A stretch of DNA of 62,273 nt, filler included, from Chiloscyllium plagiosum (Eukaryota): the NCBI RefSeq assembly GCF_004010195.1. It is 5 parts of one record of this genome, joined end to end, with 100 filler letters (N's around TTAATTAATTAA, not from the genome) between each part and the next. Parts side by side here need not be neighbours in the genome. Positions count along the whole stretch, not along the records: positions 1 to 8,722 come from NC_057710.1; positions 8,823 to 30,115 come from NC_057710.1; 3 more parts are not named here. The stretch is one strand, 5' to 3'. Made by a program: the position numbers and the translations under genes. This document shows positions 1-10,565 of this stretch, one piece after another; the first letter of the stretch is position 1; the number at the start of each line of letters is the position of its first letter. A model generated the notes under the pieces. That model was not told the origin of the DNA. It was given only the letters and a program-made list of their open reading frames with translations, and searched no databases.

Positions 1-192
1 TCGTGAGTTCATGGAATGCTCTGCCAGTAGCAGTGGTGGACTCTCCTTCATTATGGGCATTTAAACGTGCATTGGATAGGCATATGGAGGATAGTGGGCT
101 AGTGTAGGTTAGGTGGGCTTGGATCGGCGCAACATCGAGGGCCAAAGGGCCTGTACTGCGCTGTATTCTTCTATGTTCTATGTTCTATGTTC
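1..192 (+). mobile_element. CR1 LINE 3' end with (TTCTATG)n tail
   Basis: WNALP...FKRALDRHM-like ORF2 end, 3'UTR and TTCTATG repeats at ~166-192; same tail family at 28300-28510 and 50590-51080. Confidence 0.85.
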
Positions 193-825
193 ATCCAACC
201 TCACCTACTGCATCCATTGCTCCCGATGTGGTCTCCTCTATGTATGGGTAGCCACCGCAGACTTGGCGACCGGTTCCCAGAGCTTGTGCTCTCCGCACGC
301 ACTAACCAACGCCACCTTCCAGTTGCCATCTATTTTAATTCCCCCTCCACCTGCCCCAGCAACATGTCCACCCTTGGCCTCCTCCTCTGTCAGAGTGAGG
401 CCAAACAGAAACTGAAGGAACAACACCGGATATTTCACCTGGGGAGCTTACAGCCCAATGGCCTCAACATCAACTTCAAACTCGCTCCTCCCTCAGCCTT
501 ATCCAGGTCCCCCCTCCTCCTTGCCTCCCTGACCTGCCCTAACCTGTCCATCTTTCCACTCAACTATCCGCTTCACTCTTCCCATTGACCACTTACAATA
601 ACCCCCTACTTGCATCCATATATTACCATTCCACCTACCCTTCCCTAGCCCTAGCCCCTCCCTCCATTTATTTCTGAGCTCCCTCCCCCCTGCCAGTGTG
701 GACAAAGAGTTTTGGCCCGAAACATTGACTTTCCTGCTTCTCAGATGCTGTCTGACCTGCTGTGCTCTTCCAGCTTCACATCTATTGACTCTGACTTCCA
801 GCATCGGCAGTCCTTACTGTCTCCA
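190..825 (+). mobile_element. Penelope-like element 3' end (GIY-YIG remnant plus terminal repeat)
   Basis: SSNLTYCIHCSRCGLLYV and KLKEQHRIFHLGSLQPNGLNINF peptides; terminal repeat ending gcccgaaacattgac...ccagcatcggcagtcc. Confidence 0.85.
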
Positions 826-829
826 CAGC

Positions 830-1222
830 CTAGCTCATTCTCTAGTGTGACCCTGGAGCGTAGGAAACCAAGGGGTGACATTATGGAAGTCTGGAAAATC
901 ATGAGAGACATAAACAAGTTGGATAGCCAACAGCTTTTCCCCATTGTGAGGGAGTGTAAATCTATATGGCATAGATTTAAGATGAGAGGGAAGAGATACA
1001 GAAGGGTCGAGAGGGGAAATCTTTTCACACAAAGGATGGTAAGTGTCTGGAATAGGCTGCCAGATATAGTGGTGAAGGCAAGTACAATTTTGTCATTTAA
1101 GAATATTTAGACAGATACATGGATGGGATAGGTATGGAGAGATATGGACCAAATGTAGGCAAATGAGACTAGACTAATTGTGAAAACTGGGCAACATGGG
1201 TCAAAGGATCTGTTTCCATGCT
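830..1222 (+). mobile_element. CR1 LINE 3' fragment
   Basis: LERRKPRGDIMEVWKIMR...FTQRMVSVWNRLP ORF2 C-terminus and 3'UTR. Confidence 0.85.
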
Positions 1223-1497
1223 GTAAACCTCTGACTCTATGACAGTTCAAATCCCACCTGGGTAACTGGTAAAATGTGAATTTAATATGATGCTAGCTGA
1301 ATGCTTCCACCACTGCTGATGGTTGTGTACAATTCTCCTGTAGAGATATTTGTCTGCCATCCTCACGTGGACTGGCCTATATGTGTCTCCAGACCCATAG
1401 CAATGTGGTTTATTCTAAACTGCCTTCTGGACAATTAGGGATGGGCAGTAAATGCTGGCCCAATCTGCGATGCTTCCAACCACAATGACATTTTTTA
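1223..1497 (+). mobile_element. tRNA-derived SINE, family B (5'-truncated)
   Basis: B-box gttcaaatccc, core tgtg(a/t)ctccagaccca, tail gatgggcagtaaatgctggcc; homologous to 12067-12378, 15416-16069 and 35185-35525. Confidence 0.7.
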
Positions 1498-1554
1498 ACA
1501 TAAGTCAGAACTGTTAACACCAACCCTTAAATAAGCCCTTCCAATACATTGATA

Positions 1555-1848
1555 GCAATGCTGTCTGCTTGAAAATTGCTCAGCTTTGTATTATGAAGGA
1601 AAAACAGAACAAATTCATTGTAGGCAATTACAATCCCATCAGTCTATTCTCATTGACGGTGAAACAAATAGCATTTTCTCACCAATAATCTTCTAGATGG
1701 CATTCGATTTTACTTTCAATGGGACCACACGACTTCATACCTGGCGACAATCCTCGTCCAACCGAAACAGCTGAATCCAGAGGTAAGGTGAGAGTGATTT
1801 CCCTTGAGATCACGTATTTGACCAAGTGTGGCATCAATGAACCATAGT
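1555..1848 (+). mobile_element. Old LINE RT fragment (CR1-group, probable partner of SINE family B)
   Basis: Degenerate KIAQ...NYNPISL and LNPEVRVRV...FDQVWHQ-like RT motifs. Confidence 0.6.
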
Positions 1849-1869
1849 AACATCATATACGGTGTATAC

Positions 1870-2476
1870 TGTAAGAAAATGTGAAGTTGCACATTGTGGA
1901 AGGGAGAACGAAAGAATAGAATATTACTTAAATGGAGAAAAACTGCAGAAAGCTGCAACGCATATGGACTTGGGAAGTTCTTTTGCATGAAACACAGAGC
2001 TAGCACACAGGTACAGCAGGTAATCAAGAAGACGAATGAAATATTGGCCCTTATTTCAAAGGGGTTGGAAGTAGGGTAGGGACGTCTTAGTGCAACTGTA
2101 CAAGGTGCTGGTGCGACCTCCTGCTGGAGGACGATCAGAGGAGGTTCACAAGGATGGTCCCAATATGAAGGAATTGTCTTATGAGGAAAGTCTAAGCAGG
2201 TTGGGACTCTACTCATTGGAGTTCACAAGAATGAGATGTAATTTCATTGAAACATATAAAATTCTTAAGGGATTTGACAGGGTAAATGATGAGAGGATAT
2301 TTCCCCTTATGGGAAAGTATAGTACCAGAGGGCACAGTCTCAGATAGAGGAGTGCTAATTTAAGATTGAGATGAGTGGGCATCAGAAATGTTCGGTCAGC
2401 CATGATCCTACTGAATGACAGAACAGGATTGAGGGACCAAACAGCCTACTCCTCTTCCAATTTCTTGAGGTCTTAA
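1870..2476 (+). mobile_element. CR1 LINE 3' fragment
   Basis: QVQQVIKKTNEILALISKG; LSYEESLSRLGLYSLEF...TRGHSLR. Confidence 0.85.
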
Positions 2477-2862
2477 AATGAAAGTTCATTGGAATTAGCC
2501 AGAAACCAGTTCTGGTCATATCTATTGAAAAGGATGAGGGGTTAGTTAATGTTGCATATGTATCTTTACTTTTCTGAAGGAGTGTGAACAGATTAATGCT
2601 GAGCAGTGTCATAAGGGTCACCCGTTATGATGATGTAATATGGATCTGAGGGCAGAACAGTTTAGGATCTTGAAGGAGAGAGAGATTGAATACCTGATTC
2701 ACCAGACAGTCTGTGTAACCATGTCTATCACATTCATTTTAGCCATAACTAGTTTGTAGCAAACTATAACTTGTTAACTCCAAGAAACCTTTCTAGTCAG
2801 ATCAAGAAGCAGCTTCCTCATCCACACTAGACCAACAGCTGTCTGACATTTAAAGAGATGGG

Positions 2863-3046
2863 TAGACAGGCAGGAGGCTGCAAGAGCACTGCAAGCCAGG
2901 CAGCATCAGGAGGTAGAGAAGTCAACATTTCAGGTGTAACCCTTCTTCAGGACCATTCACCTCCTGATGCTGCCTGGCTTGCTGTGTTCATCTACCTTCT
3001 TGTCTGGCTACTTTGGATTCCAGCATCTGCAGTTTTTGTTTGTCTC
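2863..3046. mobile_element. Short inverted-repeat Penelope-terminal-repeat insertion
   Basis: 16-bp TSD catttaaagagatggg at 2847-2862 and 3047-3062; internal inverted repeat gcaagccaggcagcatcaggaggt / acctcctgatgctgcctggcttgc. Confidence 0.8.
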
Positions 3047-3109
3047 CATTTAAAGAGATGGGGGCAGTAACCTTCATCGTGAGCAGTGGCTCATACAGTA
3101 CAGTGAGCT

Positions 3110-4150
3110 GGCAGATTACTGTTGAGGGCAATCATTTCAGTCCTGGGTCATCTCTGGAAGGAGCTCCTTGGGGTGGATATTTCCCAATGAACTTGTTTAG
3201 AAATGGTCTGGAGCAATTGGGGCTCGAACCAACGCCTCCTGGTTCAGAGGTACGGACACCAGCACAGCACCACAAGGGTCCAATTCCTCAGGGCAATGTT
3301 CTAGACCTAATTACCTTCAGCTGCTTCATCAATAACCTTCCCTCCATCATTAGGTAAGAAGTAGAGTATTTTCACTGATGATTGTATAATGTTTAGCACC
3401 ATTTGCAACACCTCAGCTACTGAAGCCACCCATGGCCAATGCAGCAAGACCTGGACAGTGTCCAAGCTTGGGCTGATAAGCAATGAGTAATTATTCCAAC
3501 ACAAAAGGACCAGACAATTACTATCTCCAGCCAGAGAGAATCTGAATGCTGTCTCTGGCCTTTCAATAGCATTAGCATCATGAAAGTCCCACCAAGAATT
3601 AACTGGAAACACACACACACTGCGTCAATGAGGGTTTGCGAGAGATTGGAAACTCTACAGTATGTTAAATATCTGATTCCCCAAAGTCTCCCACTATTTG
3701 CAAAGCAGAGGTCAGGAGTGTGACTCTCCATTTCTTTGGGTAAGTGCTGCTCTAAAAGCATTCTAGTTCAGGTTAGGAGACCTTGTTGGCATAGATGATT
3801 TGGACCAAAGCTGTTGGCTCTATGACTCAATGCCAACCAGGACAAAGCAGACTGCTTCATTCTCACCCCACCCGTGAATTTAATATTCACTGTTTCTAGC
3901 AGAGGACCATGTTGACTCCAGTCTCTATCCACACAATGCACTCCAGCAATTCACCAAGGCTTCTTCGACAACACTTTCAAAAGTTACAACCTGTAATACC
4001 CTGAAGGCTATTATATTGCTGCTAGGTCAAAACCATAGAGCTCATCTCATGACAGCACTATGGTTATACCTGCACTGTACAGGTACTGCAGTTCAAGAAG
4101 ATCATCAATGAATGCTGGTCTTGAAAGTAATGTTCACATCCCAAAGAAAA
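3110..4150 (+). mobile_element. Old LINE RT and 3' end (continuation of 1555-1848)
   Basis: PQGNVL...FSCFINNLPSIIR...FTDD and QQDLDSVQAWADK motifs; tail aatgaatgctggtc...cacatccc resembling SINE family B tail. Confidence 0.65.
3172..3283 (-). mobile_element. Short tRNA-derived SINE or tRNA-like remnant inserted in LINE
   Basis: Reverse strand reads cttgtggtgctgtgctggtgtcc...ggttcgagccc (A/B-box-like) and interrupts the LINE PQG motif. Confidence 0.5.
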
Positions 4151-4199
4151 TTTTTCTAAAAATGGTAGACTTCAATTCTGATTTCCTGTTATCTCAGAA

Positions 4200-6367
4200 C
4201 TAGGGAAAGGATTACTTCAATGTCTTACACCCAATATAATGACAAGATTAAATGCTGGCAATGTTTGGATATTGTATCTTTATATATTGACCAGGTTTTA
4301 ACATTCCACAACATTACCTAAAGTGATAAAATGGAGAGTATAATTAATGAAAGATTCTAACCTGGGATTAAAATTTACTCGAAAATTGAATACTGTACTT
4401 TATTTAAAATAGGTCGTTAAAATGATTAGATTAAATTAAATTGAGTTTCTTTGTGATAATAAATTAATTTTATTACAGTTTTGGTTTATGTTATCACCAT
4501 TACATTTTCACTGTCCATTTTATGTGTTCTTTTGGCTTGATATGATTGCTTTATTCATACTTTGACCTAATTTTTGTTCATCTGTCCTTACCTTTCCTTA
4601 CGTGGCTCAGTTTGAAACACTTTACTACCTCAAAGGTGCTACATCTACTCAATTTGTTATTATTACCTTTTCCTAATCAGCAGCTTTTTATTCACTGTCT
4701 AACTTTCGCTGACTCGGATCAGTCCAGTCAGTTTTAGAAATAACCTGGAGTAGAGCTTCAACCACAGGTACGTTTATTAGGAATTTCCTTTGATTAACTT
4801 GAACACTTCAGAAAGGGAGTGCTGATTTAACTTCTTAGTGTTGTAGTTCCGTATTAGGAACAGAACTTCAAGCAAATACTGAAGCGGGTGAATTAAATGA
4901 GGAACTGGAATCCTGATGACCTTCCTCTTCCACTGAATGGTCAGAAAATTGGTGAAGGGAGAAGGCGGGGGAGACAGTGTTGAAGGTAATGCCACTGCTT
5001 TGGATCCAATTAATGGCCAACTGGCTATTTTATTCTGTCAACACATTCAGCCACCACACCTTTTTCTTCAGAACCCCCATCCAAATCAACTCCATGTTTC
5101 TTCATTTCTCTTCCGTTTACTCAAGGCTGTTCAGGAGTGTCTACTGCCCTGTTCAGGAGTGTCCCCTAGTGTGTCTCCTAATTCCTGCCCAGGATCTAAA
5201 TTCCTCAAAAGCAGTCAGAGAAGATTCGCTAGATTAGAGAGACCATCTAAGTCTGAGCAGTATGTTGGAATTAGACCCTCGGCAAGATTCCCCAAGTTAT
5301 CATAGTTCGAGATGGGATACTGAAAATTACTAATACATCTAGGGTAGAGGGGCAAGTGGAGTTCCCCTTCTTTATTCACTTACCTCCTCGGTTGATCAAA
5401 GCAAAATTAATTTCAAAAGGATCCCCTCCCTTGGGATGTCTTTCTTTCAGAGTCAAATGAATTAATAATTAGAAAGGAGCCACTTTAACCAGACTTTCTT
5501 GAGTAAACAAAGAGTGAGTTTGTTGTAAATTTTGGAAGGGACTATGATGCAACACACATACTTGCATTAGAAATGAGGTGAGTCCAAACAAAAGTTAAGA
5601 TTAGATTACTTTACAGTGTGGAAACAGGCCCTTCGGCCCAACAAGTCCACACCGACCCACCAAAGCGCAACCCACCCAGACCCATTTCTCTACATTTACC
5701 CCTTACCTAACACTACAGGCAATTTAGCATGGCCAATTCACCTGACCTGCACATTTTTTGGACTGTGGGAGGAAACCGGAGCACCCGGAGGAAACCCACG
5801 CAGACACGGGGAGAATGTGCAAACTCCAGACAGTCAGTCGCCTGAGGCGGGAAGTGAACCCGGGCCTCTGGCGCTGTGAGGCAGCAGTGCTAACCACTGT
5901 GCCACCGTGCCGCCCAAAGGTTACTTGTGAAGAATAGATAATTGAACATTGTGGCTGTTACAATGAATGTTACCAGTAGTGTTGACATTGTTGGTTTTGC
6001 AGTTGATTTTGAGGTTCCTTTGTCCTGGTTCTTTTCAACAGTGGGCTAGCTGGCAGCACTCCGAATAAGGAAGAGAGCTTCTCCTTTCTTAATCTGCGGT
6101 GAGAAATGTTTAATATCTCTTATCAAAGCTGTAACCTTTACAGCGCACTGTTTATGCACACGAGGAAGTCAGATCCTAATACACCCAGACAAGGGTTGAA
6201 GATCACATTTACTTCGTATCTCTGTGTATTCTTGAAAGGGAAAAATGCAAATATGATTCTTGCACAGATTGCTGCTTCTTTTTACCATCATTTTCATAGT
6301 CTAAGATATTCATAGGCAAGCACTGTTCAGTTTGTAGTGCATTTCTCCCTTTGAAGTTTCTTTCACA
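4200..6367 (-). mobile_element. Putative decayed LTR retroelement/ERV: LTR ~6367-5296 plus internal remnant
   Basis: Reverse complement of 5340-5525 aligns by eye with 36675-36895; degenerate tRNA-Pro-like PBS tggggaatcttgccgag at 5294-5278; downstream peptide KIASWPLIGS...PPPSP. Confidence 0.4.
5598..5915 (-). mobile_element. HE1-type V-SINE, full length
   Basis: Head gggcggcacggtggcacagtggttagcactgctgcctcacagcgcc, V-domain, (aatct)n tail, near-perfect TSD aaaagtta/aaaggtta. Confidence 0.9.
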
Positions 6368-6384
6368 CTTGTAGGTGTACAAAG

Positions 6385-6595
6385 CGGGAGTGACATGACG
6401 CCAAGTTATAGTCCAATGCGTTTATTTCAAATCACAAGCTTTGGGAGCACTGGTCCTTTTGTCAGGTGACGTCATTATACCTGATGAAGGAGCAGTGCTC
6501 TGAAAGCTTGTGATTTAAAATAAGCCTATTGGACTATAACATGTGACTTCTGACATTGTACACTCCTGTCCAACACTGACACCTCTACATCATGA
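6385..6595. mobile_element. Palindromic Penelope-derived short element (second terminal-repeat family)
   Basis: Inverted arms gttatagtccaa...aaatcacaagcttt / aaagcttgtgattt...ttggactataac; hammerhead-like core ctgatgaaggagcagtgctctgaaagctt at 6481-6509. Confidence 0.7.
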
Positions 6596-7276
6596 CTTGT
6601 ATGTGTGATATTCCAGGTTGTCTGTCTCCAGACAGCCAGTGAATTTAAATCTTCAATCATTTTGGCTGTATCAGTCCGCTTTACAAAAGAAAAGTCACAT
6701 ACTGGAATTAAAGTTCAATATGTCCATAGTGATCCATGGATGTGATCCATGCTCATGTCAAGTTGTACTCTTGCCCCTTCCTTTTCACCTTCTGCCCTTA
6801 CAAAATCCATGTTGCAAGTGTCTGTTTTGTACAAGTCACGCTAGGCCATTATCTTTTCTCCAACTTTGCCATTTCTTCTCTCGGTGAGTTAATTGTAAAA
6901 GCGAATGACTTTCAGAGCATCCAGTTATGTTTCACAAGGGAGCAGTACTTCAGTTGTAAACAGAGGGAACGTATCACATTTCAAACCTGAAACTGTATCT
7001 TAGTTGAGGAGAAATCTCACAGACTGAAGTCCAAATCTGTCCTTAGTTAACTGGCAGATTCAAGTTCAAAAATATTATCACATTTCTTTCCCCAGTCTGG
7101 GACATTGGGGCTAATTCGTAAAGATCATACATTTTATTTTTCTGAATTTCTGATTGTGGACTGAAATGGGAAAAGGGACTGTTTATAAAAGCAGAGTTTG
7201 TGGAAAGGATTATTGCACTTTTTAAAAGTAGTGACCCTCATTGTAAGTGCTGTTTACACAGCTCTTTATTCAGGTA

Positions 7277-7492
7277 TGGAAATATGTTGCTGGAAAAGCG
7301 CAGCAGGTCAGGCAGCATCCAGGGAACAGGAGAATCGACGTTTCGGGTATAAGCCCTTCTTCAGGAACCTGAAGAAGGGCTTATGCCCGAAACGTTGATT
7401 CTCCTGTTCCCTGGATGCTGCCTGACCTGCTGCGCTTTTCCAGCAACACATTTCCAGCTCTGATCTCCAGCATCTGCAGACCTCACTTTCTC
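7277..7492. mobile_element. Palindromic Penelope-terminal-repeat insertion
   Basis: 89-bp inverted arms 7277-7365 and 7368-7456 with 2-nt loop; 15-bp TSD ctctttattcaggta at 7262-7276 and 7493-7507. Confidence 0.9.
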
Positions 7493-7649
7493 CTCTTTAT
7501 TCAGGTAGTGGGGGATGTTGAATTGCAGATGAGCGAGAGCCAAGGCGTGCGAACAAATGGAGGTTTTGCCGCAGCAAAGACCTGATTGGTCTGGGGAATG
7601 GCACTTTCTTTGTCCTTCATAAAAGCTTTCTACCTGCCAACAATTATAA

Positions 7650-7850
7650 GGCTCCACATGGTAGGCTGCTCTGAAAGATTAGATTTCATGGAATCCAGAA
7701 GGAACTGACAAATTGGATACACAACTGGCTTAATGGTAGGAAGCAGAAGATAATAGTAAAAGGATACTTGTCAGACTGGAGGCCTGTGACTAATGGAGAG
7801 CCTCAGGGTTCATTGCTGGGCCCATTGCTGTTTGTGATCTATATCAATGA
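7650..7850 (+). mobile_element. CR1 RT fragment
   Basis: WIHNWLNGRKQ...PQGSLLGPLLFVIYIND. Confidence 0.8.
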
Positions 7851-8722
7851 CAGCAGCCTGAAGGAAGAAGATGGCTCGCTAACGTCATCTCAGGCTGACG
7901 TCATGAGGATCAGTAAATCCTTCTATACCAATCTGTATGACGCGAAGCCGACCGACAGCACGGCCTCCCAGTCGTTCCTGTCCTCTATCACGGAGGTCTT
8001 AGACGACAGAACATGGGAGAGGCTGGACCAGCTGTTAGCTCTGGAAGAGCTGACCAAGGCCCTCGAGTCCTTCGAAAAGAATAAAACTCCCGGAAACGAC
8101 GGCTTACCGGTCGAGCTCTATTCCGCTCTGTGGGACTTGATTGGCCAGGACCTGCTGGAGGTGTATGTCAGTATGCTTCGGGCAGGTACCATGAGCGAAT
8201 CCATGAGGAAAGGCATCATCACCCTTATCTACAAGCGGAAGGGGGAGAGGGAGGAACTCAAAAATTGGAGACTGATCTCACTATTGAATGCGGATTACAA
8301 AATTCTGTCAAACTGGGTCAGGTCTGCTCTAGGGTCACCCTGACCAAACCTGTGCTGTGCCGGGCAGGAAGATTGCTGAGAGTCTCGCGCTCCTCAGGGA
8401 TACGATCGCCTATGTGCAGGACAGGGGGTTGGACACCTGCCTGATCAGCCTGGACCAGGAGAAAGCCTTTGACAGGATATCACACAGGTATATGAGAGAT
8501 GTTCTGTCCAAAATGGGCTTTGGGGAGGGAATCTGCAATTGGATCAGACTGCTCGACACCAACATTGTCAGTGCAGTCTCAATCAATGGGTGGGAATCAG
8601 ATAGCTTCCCAATCAGATCTGGAGTCAGGCAGGGCTGCCCTCTCCCCCCTGCCTTGTTTATGTGCTGCATAGAGCCATTTGCCGAGTCCATCAGGAAGGA
8701 TGCGAGCCCGAGAGGGGTGACT
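7851..8722 (+). mobile_element. Tx1 (L1-Tx1 clade) LINE ORF2 RT fragment, frameshifted, runs into gap
   Basis: KNKTPGNDGLPVELY, KGIITLIYKRKG, NWRLISLLNADYKIL, LDQEKAFDRISH, SGVRQGCPL. Confidence 0.85.
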
Positions 8723-8822
8723 NNNNNNNNNNNNNNNNNNNNNNNNNNNNNNNNNNNNNNNNNNNNTTAATTAATTAANNNNNNNNNNNNNNNNNNNNNN
8801 NNNNNNNNNNNNNNNNNNNNNN
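8723..8822. other. Assembly gap with artificial TTAATTAATTAA linker (also at 30160, 43963, 58847)
   Basis: 44 N + ttaattaattaa + 44 N; same linker in four gaps. Confidence 0.95.
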
Positions 8823-9197
8823 AACAGTTTCCTCATTTCCCGTTCCCCCACCTCATCCTAGCTTCTAACCTCCAGAAACTCGCTCCCCTGACCTGTCCGG
8901 ACTTGTCCGACCTGCCCAGCTCCTTTTCCACCTATCCACTCCACCCTCTCCTCCCTGACCTATCACCTTCATCTCCTTCCCCACTGACCTATTGTACTCT
9001 ATGCCACTCTCTCCCCACCCCCCCCCTCCTCTAGCTTATCTCTCCACGCTTCAGGCTCTCTGCCTTTATTCCTGATGAAGGGCTTTTGCCCGAAACGTCG
9101 ATTTTGCCTGTCTTCGGATGCTGCCTGAATTGCTGTGCTCTTCCAGCACCACTGATCCAGAATCTGGTTTCCAGCATCTGCAGTCATTGTTTTTACC
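8823..9197 (+). mobile_element. Penelope 3'UTR/terminal repeat with hammerhead-like core
   Basis: ctgatgaagggcttttgcccgaaacgtc at 9072-9099; terminus ccagcatctgcagtcattg. Confidence 0.85.
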
Positions 9198-9384
9198 AAT
9201 ATGTAGGATACCTCTTCTTACATTGAATGAAGAGGCACTATTTGACCAAGACCCGGACCTTATAATCAACACTTAACAATAGTGAAGGCCATGGAAGTAT
9301 TTCTTTTTCTAGACTAACAGCGGTGATCAGACTGTTTAATCTCTGCTTCTGATAAAAAGAAAGTAATTGCCTTATTGAAAAAAA

Positions 9385-10145
9385 GGATTTGTTTGTTTGA
9401 AGCTTTTCACTTTGCATTCAGCAGCATGTTTACGAGAATAGCAATACAAAGAGGAATAATGCATGAGGAGAGAGAGCAAGTTGATTGTCCGGTCAAAAAG
9501 ATTACCTCAAAAATGAGTAATGTGATATATGAATTTCAGCGCTAGCGTGGTGCCAGGTATTTAGGCCACAAGTCTCACAGATTGGTGGATTGTAGCAAAA
9601 AAACATATCTTTTGACTATTCAAGAATGGCAAGGTACTGGCTGTACCCAACTAGCCTGTGCTTGCAGAACTCAAATCATTAGACGTGATTCTGCAACTCC
9701 ACAACATTTGCTTCATAATCCAGAGAGTGCTAAAAATTATATAGAACTGCAATTTAAGATTGTCAGTTCGACTCACAGTGTGGAGCATGTGTGTATACTG
9801 AAGGCTACATATATTAATGCACAAGGTGCTATTCATTGTAGACAGAAAGTACAGTTGGACACATTGACCTGTTTCAACTTTATTAAATAGCTGTTCTCTG
9901 GTCAATTCATCAGAACAATTCCATGACCGATCGGAGTCAACCTGGCTGGTTTAAATGTAAACAAAGCTTGACATTCACTGTCAGTTATCATCTACGTATT
10001 GCATTCCCCAGAGAACCAATCGGAGTCCACTTGCCAAACAATCAGCACTCTCTTATAAAGAATGTTGTTCCTCTTCACATTGGTCAGTGCACAAACATTT
10101 TCACAATTACAAGAGAAAGAGCTTTGCCAAAAAATCTGTCTTTTG
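9385..10145 (+). mobile_element. Older Penelope-like element (Penelope/Poseidon-like) GIY-YIG end, with short inverted terminal segment at ~9385-9495
   Basis: NVIYEFQ...ARYLG...DSATPQHLLHNPESAKNY...FKIVS...LKATYI...CRQK. Confidence 0.75.
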
Positions 10146-10194
10146 TCAACAACTACGAATTTTATACGACAAAATGACAATTGCATGAGAATGA

Positions 10195-10292
10195 CACCTT
10201 GTTGAACTTCAGGATGGCCTAGAGCCCTTTCTAGCCAATGAAGTACTTCTGAAGTATTGTCACTAATATAGGTACCCTGTTGTAATGTAGTA
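10195..10292 (-). mobile_element. Deu-domain SINE 3' fragment (SacSINE1/AmnSINE1-like)
   Basis: Reverse strand ctacattacaacag...acttcagaagtacttcattggctag matches recalled DeuSINE 3' region. Confidence 0.55.
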
Positions 10293-10565
10293 GATGTATC
10301 TAATGTTTATCATGAAAAGCATGAGAAATTATTTTTCACCCGGTTAGTTCCCCCCTTACAAATTTCCTTTGGTCAAACTGAGCACAAAGTACAAGGAGGA
10401 GGAGGGAGGGGCATGATAGAAAGCTGCCACCCATCACCAAAATCGCCAGTGGCAAAAAGATGCAGTCTCCACAAAGTGTTCCTCCTCATCAAAGAAATCA
10501 AGCACAATGTGCCCGCCCTTCTGCAGCAGCAGTATGAACTTCCACTGGCCATGTACATTCTTGGA

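Noticed and set aside
5840..5915. tRNA-like heads as tRNA genes (HE1 and family B copies)
   Set aside because: They are SINE heads with SINE bodies, tails and TSDs.
6617..6883. AG...GT-bounded 267-nt open frame resembling a symmetric exon
   Set aside because: The Cys/Leu-rich peptide has no recognisable homology and no partner exons; compatible with chance.
8767..8778. TTAATTAATTAA palindrome in the middle of N runs (also 30160, 43963, 58847)
   Set aside because: Identical six-frame-stop linker centred in ~100-bp gaps; a scaffolding artefact.
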